Assembly (NCBI GenBank): GCA_964036045.1
Contig: OZ038378.1
Coordinates: 29,388,001 to 29,452,000 of the forward strand
Reading direction: 5' to 3'
Origin: Eutreptiella sp. 'Long Island Sound 2002'
Taxonomy: Eukaryota; Protista; Euglenida
DNA length: 64,000 bases
Shown here: piece by piece, positions 49,950 through 61,360 of the stretch
Numbering within the stretch: position 1 is the first letter of the stretch
Layout: every line of letters starts with the position of its first letter
Program-made: the position numbers and the translations under genes
The notes under the pieces: generated by a model
Databases searched by the model: none
Told to the model about the DNA's origin: nothing
What the model saw: the letters and a program-made list of their open reading frames with translations, nothing else

Positions 49950-52813
49950 GGAAATGTCCAAATTGGCAGTCTAATGCCCAGGGCGTGCCCGGTCCACTGA
50001 CATGAAGCGCGACCGCTTCAAGTTCAAAGTAGGTTGATGTACGCATATGGTGGCTACAACAGGAGGTGGCGACAGCCGAACATCGTACTCGGCAATGGAG
50101 CAGTGGCAACCAACTACTCTTGTGCGGACACGGGAAATACGTCCTCCTACTAGTGGTTATGGCCTAGGGAGGGGTAAAGGTGGTTCGGACCAGATCCCTG
50201 CCACGCAAGCCTCCGCAGGCAGGCGGCAATGACCAAAAAGGCCTGCATCGTATGTAGAAAGTGCAACTACCAAGCATTCTGGAATGGCGGATAGCACAGG
50301 TGCACGAGGTAAACAATCTACCCCGCCTCCCAAATGTGACGCAAACCAATAGTGGGAGGATGCGTTGCGTTGCAGATGCCATATAGGAATTGGGCATATG
50401 TTGTGCCCAATACTATGCGGTTTCGGTGTACATGGGTTAACGAGGGGGGGACGAGCAGGGCGTAGCTGAGGAAGCCAGCCTCCCCAATTGGAGCTAGAGC
50501 CTTGAGGAGGTCAAACGGCTTCCACTTCCTGCTTATCCTCGGGATATGGAGGCAAGTCCGCCTTGGGTTCTAGGCAATACTTCTGAAGCTCGTGTGCCAC
50601 CCCATAGGACGCCATTCAGTCTACCGCATGGGCCACCCTTTTCAAAAGGTGGAGGGGGTTAAAATTCACACGCAATCACAAGTGAGCAGTCTGCATTGGA
50701 TTGTGGGCAATATGTGGCATCCATGCCTCGGTAATAGCTGCCCCCGCATACAAGGCATCCTGCAACTCAAAGGAGCGCCGCGAGTCCCCGTCTATGTCGG
50801 GCGACAGGAGGATGCCATGGTCATCACGAAAGGCGGCATTGCTACACAACTACATCATGTGGTGCCGCATTACGCAGCAATGGTCACCCGTGAACTTGTC
50901 ATATGTGACAATCACCCAGACAGGGATTACTGCAGAGGGCTCTGCAGCATGGGGGCCAAAGAAGATGACCGTGGCTGGTGTGGCCGCATGGTACCGGGCG
51001 CAAACCGGGTCCAGCCAATGCCGGGTTGCCTCAACGTCTTCACCGTTGAACGGTGTCACCGCCTCTGTGATGCATGTGGCGCAAAGACCAACGGCTCGAG
51101 TCTCACCCGAGACGCCAATAACGTCCTCCACGTGAAGTTTGTCAATGAAGAGGAGCCACTAGTGCACTCCCTCGGCATGCTTGACGATGGACGGCAGTGA
51201 TTGCACGGTGCAGGGCTCGTTGGGGACCACCGGAGGTGATCCTGCAACGGGTCACCTCCCCGTGTCATAGCTTGGTAGGTACCCAGCCTCGTTATACGCC
51301 TGCAACAGCTTGGGCCCTCCTACACCCAATGCTGCCAAGGCTGCAGCACCTCTGTCCTGCGCATGGGAGGACTGCACAGACCAGGCATCCCTCAGGTGCG
51401 CCAACACCTTCCACGGCGTCTAGCCGGGTTGCAGCAAACGGGCTGCACGGTAGCCTGCTACCGGCCGTTCATCCACGGCCAACGCTATGGCGAAAGCGTT
51501 GTTAGGCTAGCATCGCTGCCGGAACTGGTGAAGGTCCGCATAGGCGTCCCAATGCCTCCTACGCCACCCCCTTGTTGTCGTTCGCCTCATTGAGGTCGTT
51601 GACTAGCACCGCCGGAGCGATCAGGTAGTGCAGCTCGGTGGCGGTGGGCGGCATGCCAGCATCTATCCACCCCTTTGGCTTGTGCGCCCACTTGCTGGTT
51701 CCGAGGTCCAAGCAGGAGAGGGAGGGATCATATGTGCCCATGATCTCATCCCCACATACTCGGCCTCAACACCCTAGCCAGAAAAATCTCCCGGAAAGGC
51801 GAAAGTGCCACCGGGGTTGTTCGTAGGTGCTGCGCATGATGGGGTACATCCTCCCAAGCTAAGGCATGGTGGTCACTTGCATGGGAAGGACACTGGGGCA
51901 ATTTTGGCCCCTGGGGCAATTTTGGCCCCTGTCAAGGCGGGACCAAATTGCAATTTGGCGTCCAGCCCCTCATTCCTTTCATGTGGCTGAAGGTCGGGCC
52001 TCCGGTTGGCAATGGCCATAGTGGTTGCTGACCACGCTGCCCCCGCCGGTGGTGGCCCACAGAAGCGACCTTTCGTTCACGCTAATCATCATGGCCGGTA
52101 GGGTTGTGGAGCCCGCAGGGGCGACCCGAAGGAAAAACTCCGGCACCCACTTCCCGTACTACAGCCAGTCTTTGTGTTGCTCCCCCTTGCAGTGGACGTC
52201 CGCGAAAGCCTTGCTAGTAGTGCCCGTGCTAAGGGGAAAATGGTGGCCGGAGGCGGCTTACCCCGACTCCCCGGCCCGTAAGATGCTACAGTCATTCAGG
52301 GAATCATTGTCACATGTCGACCCGGATTATGTGTGGTCCATTCCCGGTGACAAGGGGGGGAGGCCAAGGGCTATGATGTTGATACGCGTGTTGAGCTTTT
52401 TTGGGAGGCACAGGGGCAACATATTACATTTAGGGGCTATGACATGCACATCGGTAGTGCTGCCAACACGCCTATCGACGGGCAACACATCAAGGTCTGC
52501 AAACCGTCTAGCCTACATTTACCTGTGTTCTAGGATCCCAGCAACCATTTGTTTTCCCTTGGCAAACGTGGAATGGATGACCCTTTTTCTCTATTCTTCG
52601 CTTGCCTTGCAAGCCGGCCCAAAGTGCACCCTTCTTGCTGTCTTTCGCTTCCACTCTCTGGGAGGGGGGGGGGGGCTAGTGTAACAGTCCCGCACTCCAA
52701 CGGCTTTTCACAGGGGCAGCCTTTATGTTCGGAATGCCACAGAGTTTCACATTGCGGGGGGGGGGGGGGGGGGCTAGTGTGGCAAAGGGCAACAGCGAAA
52801 TTGGTACAGGAGG
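49950..52813 (-). mobile_element. Degenerate retroelement-like coding sequence (family unassigned); host of the piggyBac insertion
   Basis: Fragmented protein-like frames (RRFADLDVLPVDRRVG..., GEDVEATRHWLD). A homologous ATRYWLD motif recurs at ~56880 on the other side of the piggyBac. Confidence 0.3.
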
Positions 52814-52819
52814 AATATT

Positions 52820-55800
52820 CCTTTGTCTATGGCTCTCGGGAGCCGATTTTGTCGTGCATGTCTCCGCCGAGGTTTGGTTGGCTGTAGGGGTTTTTGAGGG
52901 CGAGGAACGCACTAGAATTGTCCGTTTTTTGTAATTACATCATTTTTGGGTGTAGAGCCACTTTGCTGACCGTGGCTCCGCTGTCATACATGTCCTACAT
53001 GTCCTGCATGACCCCATACCAGTAGGTAAAAACGTCGCGCATGTCCCGCGCGTGCCGCGCGCTTCTCACGTCTGGCTCCACAACTGTCCCTGGCGCCAAT
53101 TACTTTGTGAAGTATGTTTTACGTGTTTTGCAGCACTTGTGCACGCCTTGCAATGCATGTGTGAGGCCCATGGCCGCCCGCCAAGCAAGCTCCCCACTGG
53201 GCAGACAAGGCAGGAGAAGTTCACCGGATCGGCGCACCATGTCCGATCCATCGAGATCGTGAAGAGCTTCTTCACCAACGAGTACGGGTACTCGCTGGGC
53301 ACGTTCGTGCACCATTACAAGAACTGCTGCGCACAGCTGAAGGCGGCAACTGGGGCTGAAGGTATGCGTGTGCACTACGTTCAGACTGCTGTGCATGGAG
53401 GCTTTCCTTGCGTCCCCGGGGACCGTCGCTCGTGTTCCGCGCGTCCAATTCGCTGCGCACGTCGTCTCCGCATGTGTCCCTGGAGACATGCATGTCGTTG
53501 ACCGCGTGTTTCGTGTCCTGCAGTGCGTCAAGATCTGGGCCTCGCCGCGACCATGCTGAGCCGCGCTGAGCCGCGGACGATCCAAGTTGTGCTGTCCTGT
53601 GGAACGAAGAACTGCAGTTCGGTCACGAAGGCAGTGGAGCATTTCCAGACGCCGTACCCAACCGCCGGGGCAGAGGGCGCCGCAAAGAGTATTCTCCGTC
53701 GTGTTGGCGATTGCGTTAGTGGTTGCGCGGAGGCCGGGGAATTCGAGGCGGAGGACCCAAAGCCGAAACCCGGGGGTATCCCGCTGGCAAGCCTTTCTGG
53801 ACGAGAGGCTCGGGGAGTCCTCGGCACTGGAGGCCGGCCTCGAGGGCCGCGGTCGGAGATGTCGGACGTCTCAGGCTTCCACGTCAAGGATGTGATGGAC
53901 ATGGATCTGGACGAGTTGATCCAGAAGTACAATCGAACCGTGCGGGCAGCTGGACTGTTGAGGTACATGCTCGAGGCCGACCACGGGCTGACTGAGGAGC
54001 CGGAGCAGAAGACGTGGACTCTGGTGCGGCAGGCAGAGTACCAAGAATTTCAAGCATGGAAGCGCCACAAGGTGTGGTGCTGTTTGCGTGATGCACGTGA
54101 TACACGCTGTCTCTTGCACTGTCCCTAGCGGCCTCCTTGTTTGTTCTGCGCGCTCCAGACGTTGCGCGTGCTGTCTCCGGATTCGGCTCTGGTGACAATA
54201 ACTGTGTTCGCCGCGCTTAATGTGCGTTCCCTGTCACAGGCCATGCCCCCGCAGCTGCCGCCGCCGCAATATCCCCCGCAGTACCCGATGCCGTACCAAC
54301 CGCCGCATTACGGGCAAAAGTATGGGCAGTATGGGCAGCGGTACAGCCAGATGTACGGGCAGCACCCGCAGTACCAGGATGAGGAGTGGGAAGAACCGGG
54401 TATGAAGGCGGAGTGGGAGCCGGGTCGCATCCCGGCACCACCGCCGCAATACTACCAGCAGCACCACCCACCACCACCGCCGCCCCAGCCACAGCAGCTG
54501 CACCCACCGCCACCACCGCCCCAAGAACAGCTCCAACAACCGCCAACCCCGTCGCCGCAAGATGCCCCCGTGGTGCCTGAGGAAGCCGGCCCGATGGACG
54601 ACCTGCCGATCAAGCAGGAGGAGGTGGAAGAACCAAAGATGGACACTGGCGAACCAGGTCATAGGTGCCTGCGCGCGTCCTATTCGTTCCGCGTGTTGTC
54701 TCCCGATGTGTCCCTGGCGCCATCGCTTCGTGTTCCATACGTTTTGCACGCTCTTCGCGCCGTCCCCCGGCATGTCCTTGGTGACCGCCTGCATGTGCTG
54801 CATGTCCTGCGTGTTCTCCACAACTGCTGAGGACGACCCCGACACGTGGGATGCCAGCAACGTGGACATGCAGAACGTGTCTCTAGGCCCCAGGGGCAAT
54901 GGTAGAGGCAGCACTGTACACACGTACGACATGTGCAATGTGTCGTACGTGTGCTACAGCACTAGCACCTGCATCCCACTCTGCAGGTACAATGATTTCC
55001 TAATCTGCTTGGGAATGGTACGTCCTATGCAGGTAGACGGGATCTGGGACAAGCGCCACCTTGCGTACAACAAGGATATGGCGTCCCTACTCCCCCGGGA
55101 AATCTACTACCGTCTACAACGGTTATTACGGACCGATGTGACGGACTTGATTGAGGAGTGCAACGCAACATGGAGCGCTGCATGGGAAATTGGAGGGGCG
55201 GTTTGTGGGGACGAGGCTGTCGTTCCCCATAGTGATGGCCGATGCCTGGGGCTACGGCAATACATTGCCCGTAAGCCCCATTCTACGGGCATCAAATTAT
55301 ACGTCCTCGCGGACAATGGGGGGGGGTTACGTGTTCGACGTCTACCTCTACACGGGGCGTCGCGGCAAGGTCCGCCGCTTTGGGTCATGTTGCGGCAAGT
55401 ACGACGCTAAGGGTATCATGCGTCTATGGGCGAGGATGATCCCACAGTCCACCGTCCTTTGTGCGGACAGCTTATTCGGAAGTCATGGGCTTGCCAAGGA
55501 ATTCGCGGCCCAACGTCGGCCGTTTCTCATGCTTTCAAAGCATGATAAGCGAGATGCCGGCCTTACAAGGGCGGCCGCCCTTACCCACGAGGGCGACATG
55601 GCACGGGCAATTGTGGCCGACAAGAACTATGAACTTGCCGTGTACAAGAACCCGAAGGTGGGGCACAAACCCCCACGCTTGGTCCTCTTCCTTACCAATT
55701 GTTGGTATGGGGAGGAGGTGCCCAAAGACCGGAGAGGGAACCCTCTCCCTCCGGTGGTAGCGTGCTACCGGGAGTTCTCCCGTGCCGTAGATGGGGCCAA

Positions 55801-56515
55801 CCAAATGGCGCTGCAAATGCGCCAACTGGGGAGGCAAATGACCTGGAGCAACGTTGTGCTTGCGTTCATGGTGCGGTACGCGGCCGGCAATGCCTTTGCC
55901 ACCGCCAAGGCATTGGGATTGGTGGACGACAAGACCACCATGTGGGAATTCCAATGGGACATCCTCAAGCAGCGGTACTTTAGCGGCGCGGAGTTCAACA
56001 ACACAACGCCAACCGCTGCGGTCCCTACGGTGCATGCACCGAAGCGCTTTGCGAGCCGCCTCTTGTGCACGCATTGCCGCAACGGGAGTACGCGTTGGGC
56101 GTATGGAGCGTGCGGGAAGCACATGCACATCAAGTGCTTCGGGGACGCCCACGACGTGTAGTCTGTCATGGGCGTGGTGGGGCGGAACGAGACGGTCATG
56201 GAGGCGGAGCCTCTGCCATCCGTACCCATGGGACCATTGCGAACCCTGGTGGAACAACCGCGTAGGCTGGATACCCAACCGTGAGGACGCCCCCCCCCCC
56301 CCAACAGCGGTACCTTGTTCCACAACACGTCGTGCGCGTCGTACGCGTTGGGCTGTATTCCACGCGTGGCTCTCCATGTGTCCCCGGAGCCACACCAATT
56401 CGTTCGGCGCGTTCCGGACGTTGTGCGCGTCGTAGAACCTTTTTTCCAATTCGTCCAGAACGCCTAGAACATTTCATGTGTCTCTCGTCACAAATGATGT
56501 CCCCGTAGACAAAGG
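52820..56515 (+). mobile_element. Full-length piggyBac-family DNA transposon (3696 bp) with AATATT/ATAT target site
   Basis: 13-bp TIRs CCTTTGTCTATGG (52820-52832) / CCGTAGACAAAGG (56503-56515), 1 mismatch. AATATT on both flanks (52814-52819 and 56516-56521). Asymmetric internal IR ACATCATTT (52937) / AAATGATGT (56492). Encodes a piggyBac transposase. Confidence 0.9.
53157..56161 (+). pseudogene. Intron-containing piggyBac transposase (~835 aa reconstructed; DDE_Tnp_1_7-like core plus C-terminal Cys-rich domain), probably inactivated
   Basis: Exons 53157-53361, 53524-54071, 54240-54657 and 54824-56161 are phase-consistent. Catalytic GDEAVV, CADSLFG and AVDGANQM; RQYIARKPHSTGIKLYVLAD; CRD CTHC...(Y)GAC..H.H..CF..H. 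Lesions: CAA instead of CAG at the intron-3 acceptor, +1 G in a G9 run (55318-55326), and a probable C-to-Y change in the CRD. The start codon is inferred. Confidence 0.85.
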
Positions 56516-56521
56516 AATATT

Positions 56522-57590
56522 GGGCATGCGAATTCGTGAATCCGGACTTAGAGGTGGGGCTATCGGTGCTACACCCTGATTCCCTGAACACGTGTGCCAC
56601 AAAGCTGCAGCCCACGACGGGTGCGGCACCGGTGTTGGCGGGCAGGGTGGTCGCACATGATGGCGTTGCTCTGCTGCCGCCCATGGTGCGCCGGTGTGCG
56701 GGGGAGGTTACCTATTGTGTCCCAAGGTGTGGTAAGACAATGCCATTAGAGTAGATGTGTTTCCACATTGCCTTCAACGTGCACACAAGGGATCTGTAGG
56801 CCCCTAGCTGCGGATTTTGTAGGGACTCTGGCTCTGTGCTTGGCATGCGTAAGGCAAAGGGCAGGGAACCGCAAGTCGAGCCAATATCGTGTCGCAACAA
56901 GATCTTTTGTAAAATTAGCATGAAGGCAGCTAGGAAGTATTCAGTGGAGGTGTCCCCTTGGGAATGCCGTATGACTGCTTGCGGGTGGCATTGGCGCCAA
57001 AACATGTGGCACCACTGCCAGATGCACTATTCCAGCTTTCCCGTTGCTGAGGAGCGGTTTGCCGCTTAGGATTGGAGGATGGGGGGGCTCATTGCTTTTG
57101 AGGAGGAGGAGGCCACATTTTGCGAGGAGAAACGAAAGTTGTGATGGACGGATAAGGGGGTTCGGGCAAGGCGCAAAAAGGTGCGGCAGTCCATTAGTGC
57201 TGCCCTCCTAACCCTCCGCCCAAAGCACCAGAATCCTAACCCTAGTCAGCGGCCTAACGCGGATGACCCTTCGGAGGCAAGGTCACGGCAAGGGCATAGA
57301 GATCTGCATCGGATTGAGCACGGGGATGCAGACATCCTTCCCAACGGGTCTGATAGCTCCGCACCTGATTCCAATTCAAATTCAAACAGCTCCTCATCTG
57401 GCTCCACCTCCTCGGGACCGCCCGCATTGATAGCTCTCTTAGTGGCGGCATCCAAGGCGTCCCTTGCTTGCTCATAGTTCTCTACGTCGGGACGTGGGCT
57501 GTTGGTCCCAATGCCAAGCCTCCCTTCACCACCACCTATGTCTATGCGGTCAGTGCGGAGATGGGAGTCTTCCCCCACCGCCACATCCCA
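56522..57590 (-). mobile_element. Degenerate retroelement-like coding sequence (continuation or second copy of 49950-52813)
   Basis: FTKDLVATRYWLD motif and acidic ORF 57246-57584. Removing the piggyBac joins DSRIRMPNI to PPVPISLLP in frame. Confidence 0.3.
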
Positions 57591-57639
57591 AAGTAAACCC
57601 CCCTCCTAAAACTAAAGTAAAGCGGTTTGCCAAAGGACT

Positions 57640-58090
57640 GACGTTGTGAGGACTACATCTCTGACTGGGTGACGCGGTCGCTCTTGCTTTCTTGTGCATG
57701 TCGTGTGGCACCTTTCATCCTTTGCTGAACACATCCGCTTATCCATGAGCTTATCGGGTCGACGGCGTAACGGTTTTTAGCCCAACGGAAAGAATGGCAG
57801 CTCACATTTACGGGAAAAACAAGCAAGGTGGAAATGAGTCATTGCCAAACTATAGCTAGAATGACCAATAAAATGAGGACTACATCTATGACTGGGTGAC
57901 ACCGTCGGTCTCGCTTTCTTTTGCATGTCATGCGGCGCCTCTCAGCCTTTGCGGAACCCATAAGGTTGCCCATCAGCTTACCCAGACGACAGTGTGATGC
58001 TTCTTGGCGCGACGGAAAGCACCATAGGGCATTTTCCCCGGCTATTTTTCTTTTACAGTGCCTAAGCTGGCATGGTACCATGTTGTCTCA
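57640..58090. repeat. ~227-bp repeat, 2 copies (same family as 59690-61360)
   Basis: GAGGACTACATCT...GCATGTC.TG.GGC.CCT at 57648 and 57875. Confidence 0.75.
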
Positions 58091-59689
58091 AGTGTCCGCG
58101 GACAAATAATTTAGTGCAATTTCCTTGTATCCATCTCCATCTGGAACATTGCGTCCCACAACACCGCCCGCCTCGCCTCTTTCGCCAGTGTCACCACCTC
58201 TCTTCCCTAATCATCGTGCCAAATCCTCTGCCACAGACGAGCTACATGAGGCCTTGTTGTTCAGCGGCCGACCCCCCCATCCCAATTTGACCAGCAAAAC
58301 TAGTTCCCAAGAAATCCCCTAACCCACTAAAGGACACCCTCCGAGACCCCATGATGTCCAAGACCGTTGCGTTGATCAAAGAAAACCAGCGTTGCCATGC
58401 TACTCAACGGGGTCTACGGGGAGCATGCGCGCTACCGGTTTGCGTTGGTCAACCCCCAACGCAACCGTCTACAAACGTGGAGGTTCGGATTGCGCATCAC
58501 GCTTAGTCACTTTGTGATGCACCGTGAGGAGCGGGCGGCACCTGTGCAAGACCCGCTCCGGCTGGTGCCCACTATCACCGCCGCGAGGAGACCACACCCC
58601 AAGCTAGAGCATCGCCTCCCACCGCCTGCCCGTGGTGCAGACAAACACACCCTAAGCCAATTTTGGAGGCATCCTCTGACGCCGCTGCCTCCACCACAAC
58701 AAGTAGTGCCCCTGAAGCAACGCTATTGGACCACCACAGGACGGCCACGGCAGCCGGCGGAATCCAACTTGGCCACGCTCACACAAGCTCCCCAAGTATA
58801 GGAGACCTCCGCCATGTTTCGGTCTAATGTGGATATCCCTTCTCCCGGATGCTCCTATGCCACCCCTCCCCCCCCCATGCCTCCCCTCATGCAGCATGAT
58901 CACACTTCCTCCCCCATGCTTCCAACTAACACTCACTCCTTCCCTAGGCTCCCAACACCGCATGTGCCCTCCTCCCCCTTGCTCACAGGAGCCGGCACTC
59001 CCTCTTTCCTCGAGCCTCAAGCACCAGGCACACCCTCCTCCCCCCAACCCCGAGCACCCGCAACTCCCTCCTCCCCACCACCCATCTCTCTATGCATTCG
59101 CCGAATTCAACGCCTTACAAGCGTTGAAGGACCCGGTGAAGAGACACTTCCACAAATGCCGCCTTAGAGGTCCAATGCCGGTGGTTGGTGGTTGGTGGTT
59201 GGTCAGCCCCTCCCTTCAGCCCCTCCCCTCAGCCTCTCCCTTTATGCTACCACACAAGCTAGCAAGAGAATGCCTGGAAACGAAAACATGAAGATTGTGG
59301 CGTACCAAGGGAAGGAGGAGAAGGAAAAGATGAAGGCACAAAAGAAGGAGGAGAAGGAAAAGGAGGACAAGGAGGAGATTGAAGGGTGTTTCACCTTCGC
59401 CGCCCTAATGGAGGAGCGGATACTGGGACGCATGCCCAACGATGACGTCGATATCGCTCCGCAAGCCCCGCCGCCCCTCCTTTCTGCCTACCGACAATCC
59501 GACCTGGCGCCCGTTCCAGGCGTGAGCCTCACGGCGCCACGGTGCCACAGCAGTATTTTTCAACACCACGATTCTCCTCTCCGCACTGTTTCGCTTTTCA
59601 GGCATTTCTCTTGTAGTGTGGACCCGGGTTTTGCCTCATTTTGTGCTTGGTGGTTAGACCGCAGCTGTGTTCTTTGCCGAAAACAGGGC

Positions 59690-61360
59690 CAAAATGACAA
59701 TGTGAGTCCGACAGACCAATGTTGTGTCGACTGCAACCTTGGATTGCGGACACCGTTGGTGTTCAAAAATTTTTTTATGTCGTGCAGTACCTCCCAGCCC
59801 TTCTAGACGACGCATCTTTGCCAAGGAGCTCATTGGAGGGATGACACAATCTTCCACGGCCCAACGGAAAGGACCGTGGCTCATTTTACTGAAAAAAAAA
59901 CAAGCGAAAACAGGATCAAAATGACAATATGAAGCCAGAGGTACCAATGTGGTCCGGCCTACATCTCCAAACTAGGCACATCAATAGTCTTGAATTGGTG
60001 TGCATGTCGCAGGGCGCCTCCCGGCGTTTCCATAACACGTGTGATTGCCTAGTAGCTCACCAGGGCGACGACACAATGTTTTGTGGCCGAACGGAGAGAA
60101 CCATGGCCCATTTTTCCGAACAAATGCAAGTCAGACAAGGCAAAAATGCCAATTTGAATGGGAAGTGATGAATGATGTGTGGACTACATAACTTAAATGG
60201 GCGCATCGTTGGTCTTGAAATGTTTTGCATGTCATGGGGCGCCTCCCATTTCTTCTGGAATATGTTTCATTGCCAAGCAGCTGGCTGTGGGGACGTCACA
60301 ATGTTTCGCCAATGAACGGAAGGGGCTGCGGCGTATATATTCGACAACAACAACTGAAAATGGGGCACAAATGACACTATCAAGCCGGAGGGACGAATGT
60401 TGCGAGGATTGCATCTCTGAACGGGGCACAGCGTTGGTCTTGAATTGTTGCGCATGTCGAGCGGCGCCTCTCAGCCTTTCCAGAATACGTTTCCTTGCCC
60501 AATAGGTCACCAGGGGGGCGACACAATGTTTCGCGACGCAACAGAAAGGAGCGCAGCTCATTTTCCCGGAGAAAAAAAAGTGAAAGCAACGCCAAAATGA
60601 CAATATGGAGCCCGAGGGACCAATGTTGTGAGGACTACATCTCTGAGCTGCGGACACCGTTCGTCTCGAACCCTTCCGCACGCCGTGTGGTGCCTCCCAG
60701 CCTTTACGGAATACGTTTCCCTGCCCAGCACCTCACCGGGGGAACGACACAATAGTTCATGGCCCAAAGGACACAACCCCGGCTTCTTTTTTCGGGGACA
60801 CATGTAAAACTGGGGCACAAATGACGTTACGAAGCCGGAGGGGGCAATGTTGTGAGGACTACATCTGTGATCTGGGGAAACCGTTGGTCTTGGCGCCTGT
60901 TGCATGTCGTGCGGTGCCTCCTAGTCTTTCCGGAACATGTTTGTTTGCCCAGTACCTCCCTAGGGGAACGACACAATGGTTCACGGCCAAACGGAAAGGC
61001 TCACAGCTCCTCTTTCTAGAAAAAAAAACAGATGTGAAAACCACGTAAAAATGACACTATAAAGCTAGTGGCACCAATGTTGTGAGGAGCACATCTATGG
61101 AGTGGTGACACCGTTGGTCTTGAAAGGTTTTCCATTCAGCACTTGTAGTGTCCCCAGTGGTTCACATTTTGCTTAATATTGATATTTTTGCCCTGTTTTC
61201 ACTTTTTTAAAATAACTGAGCCGCGGTCCCTTCCTTTCAGCCGTTACCCATTGTGTTGTGCCACCGGTAAGTAACTGGGCAAGCAAACGTGTTCCGGAAA
61301 GGCTAGGAGGCGCCGCACAACCCTTGTGCAATTTGTGCCGGGCATCGCCGCCTCTTCTTG
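59690..61360. repeat. ~227-bp tandem array (~7 copies) ending in an inverted copy
   Basis: CAATGTTGTGAGGACTACATC block at ~59720, 59950, 60180, 60404, 60630, 60854 and 61084. 61150-61360 is a reverse-complement unit (ccggaaaggctaggaggcgccgcac). Confidence 0.85.

Noticed and set aside
54652-54834. Euglenid non-conventional intron as an explanation for the missing AG
   Set aside because: Placing CAG at +4..6 and CTG at -8..-6 does not restore the frame; a single G-to-A change at the acceptor does.
55535-56449. 304-aa minus-strand ORF
   Set aside because: Antisense shadow of the transposase coding sequence.
58397-58801. LLNGVYG resembling the B-family DNA polymerase KxxxNSxYG motif
   Set aside because: No other PolB motifs (DxxSLYP, YGDTDS) nearby.
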